Positions 61,681 to 64,000 of a stretch of DNA of 64,000 nt are shown piece after piece. Source of the stretch: Dicyema japonicum (lineage: Eukaryota; Animalia; Dicyemida); assembly GCA_011109175.1 (NCBI GenBank), contig RDEW01000035.1, forward strand, positions 124,001 to 188,000, written 5' to 3'. The notes under the pieces were generated by a model, which saw only the letters and a program-made list of their open reading frames with translations, made no database searches and was not told the DNA's origin. A program made the position numbers and the translations under genes. Numbering within the stretch: position 1 is the stretch's first letter; every line of letters starts with the position of its first letter.

Positions 61681-63499
61681 TTATTACTTCTGAGCGACTA
61701 ATTCGGACACTTGGATTACCTACCTAGGCAAAGCTATATTTTGAAGAGAATTTTCAGTATTGGAATTTCCACTGTCATTAAGGTATCCAGAGGATTACCG
61801 ACCCCTCCTATTAGTTAATGAGGCAAAGTAAATTATCATTATTTTCTTAGTGTTTATCTTTTTCTTAACAAATTACCTAATCTCTGACTTGTTTAAATAT
61901 CTCCACCTAAATCAATATTGTCGATTTTCTAAAATTCTATGATTTTAAAATTAGAACTTTTGGATACTGCTTTAAAAAATCCTGATAAATTTTTGAAATT
62001 TTTTGGAGGGAACTTTTTTTCGAATATTTTTGTAAGAATTAAATCTAAACTTTGCCAAATGCAAAACATTAATATGAGATTTTCAAAACCTTTCGCTATA
62101 CTTTAGCGATTTCCCACTTTCTTCACTGAATTTATGTTACTAATACTAAATTCGCAAATTCCTCCGCTCTTTTTGATCTCACATGAAATCTCAAATGTCT
62201 CAGAAAATTGAAGTCGCACAACGGTTCTCCGATGACATGCCATTTCTTGACTTATTTTTTTTCCTACAAAATATTCAGGACTCTCCCTTGCTCTATGGAC
62301 CCAAATTTCTTGAAAATCATCTACAAGGAGAAGATGCAAAATAAAAGAAAACTTAATGTACCTCTTTATGACAGTAAATGAGCTTTATGATTAATTTTTA
62401 TCAGTTCTTCCTCTAACTCGCTTTTTATCGCGACACGGCAGGTCTCATTAGCCAAATTCTCAACCACCTCACGGATCGCATGCTGAACTCTCTGGGAGGC
62501 TCAACATTTTTAGACACGTGTGAACTTTTGAACGCCATAAAACTTTGAGAAACAAGATCTGTTTTTACAATCAAATTTACCAAACTGAAATTGGACCAAC
62601 ACCAACATTGATGTCTTGCCCCAAATCGATAAATAAGGCTCTTTCCGTCGCCTTCTTTGGAGCGCTTCTAAATAATTACTAAACACACATAAGAGTCCTC
62701 TCCTGTCGAATGAGCAGAAAACTTCACATCCATATCTGTCGAATAGAGAAAACTATAAGGAGACTGTCCACAAGACAATTAACGAACTTATCTCGATGCT
62801 AAAAAGACTAAAACGTTGAAAAAGGAAAAATATAAAATTCTTTTCTTTTAATTTGTCTATACCTTAGTTAAAACATAATCGGGATGTAATTCTCCGACCT
62901 CCATAAATAGCCTTTGTATCAACGACCTTCTGAAGAGTCTCCGCAGAATTGACAGAAGCAGAAGTTCTCTGTTTCCGAGAGTTCTCATCAACTTGGTGTA
63001 TTTTCACAGCGGTCGTTATATATCTTGACAGAACTATATGAAAAATCTGACTATGGAATTCGTCTCAGTCCGTTTCCTTCCACATTTACTGTGTTTAATT
63101 AGTTTTCAGTTTCCCCGGAACATAATATGTCGCGTCCCGTGGTAATGACGCGTCCCACACTGGTTACATGTCACTGTCAAACCAAATGCCAGATGTCATA
63201 TTAATATGGCTTTGATCATTTTTAAGGTTGAGCAGATTTGAATCTCCATTTTAAGAGCCAAGTAAAATGACTCAAATTTTGTCAAACAACCGAATAGAGG
63301 TTTATTTAAATTTTTTATCACAGATTAAGGCAAGATCAGAAGAATTGAAAATAGTCAACATGAATCGAGTCAAGAAAATATAGACTTAAAAAATACATTC
63401 TTTGATTTTTGATTAGAAACCAATTAGTGTTGATTTGATGTGGGTGACATGTCGTAAATTCTTTGATTTTTAGATAAGAAATGACAAGTGCATGTGAAA

Positions 63500-63960
63500 T
63501 GTAACCCGCAGTGGATGAGTAACCCGTGCGGGACATAATATACAGCTGGTCTTACCACTGAAAGCGTCTTTTTTTAATTGTTGCTTTCATGTTACCCACT
63601 GGTTTGCTTTATTTGAGGAAGCGATGGATAATAATTAAAGTTCTCGACATATCTACTCCAGATTTACCATCTAAGAAGAGAAGAATACTATTTATTTATA
63701 ACCACTGTATCACCCGAAAGAAAGACATAAATAACGTTGGACGGTTAAATAATCCCAATTCCCGCAATCAGCTGAGCCATTTAAAGTCTGTTGTCTACCA
63801 TTGTCTCCACTACCATATGAAAATGCCTTCTCTTCATTCCTGCAGAGCAATCCGATTGGAGGAGGCAACTTTTATACCAATCGGTTTTCTTTTGCAAAAG
63901 GCATAGAAGAGTTGTATTCTACAGTAAATGGATATTGTTTATCCTAGGTTCGACTCCCCT
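63500..63960 (-). mobile_element. Degenerate RTE-like remnant
   Basis: Reverse strand VVRPAVLC-type C-terminal motif; many stops. Confidence 0.4.
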
Positions 63961-64000
63961 ACTTTTTGCACGTCGAAGGTTTATCTTCATTTCCTCGGTT

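Overview
AT-rich eukaryotic (metazoan) genomic DNA dominated by decayed transposable elements, with a few compact host genes whose introns are only 22-32 nt. The tiny GT-AG introns, a YPWM Hox-type homeobox and a C-type lectin suggest a reduced parasitic animal such as a dicyemid; this is inference, and orthonectid or myxozoan are alternatives. Host genes: AATF/BFR2, a divergent Hox-class gene, a minimal syntaxin-17-like SNARE, a novel repeat-domain type I membrane protein plus a further copy of its domain, a C-type lectin-mucin, and a damaged thymidylate kinase. Mobile DNA: ORF1-less APE-RT LINEs (ingi/Vingi-like layout, several with 2A/StopGo motifs), RTE LINEs, CRE-type and R4/Dong-type REL retrotransposons, pogo/Tigger DNA transposons, a Ginger-like integrase remnant and a tRNA-derived SINE. 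The most interesting signal is a covarying RNA pseudoknot at the extreme 5' end of four divergent LINEs. It has HDV-ribozyme strand order but lacks the P1.1 signature, and it buries the element's start codon. Two single-N joins (34831, 40053) and homopolymer frameshifts in host genes mean some structure may be assembly artefact. All alignments and folds were done by eye, and TE boundaries are approximate unless a TSD or TIR is cited.
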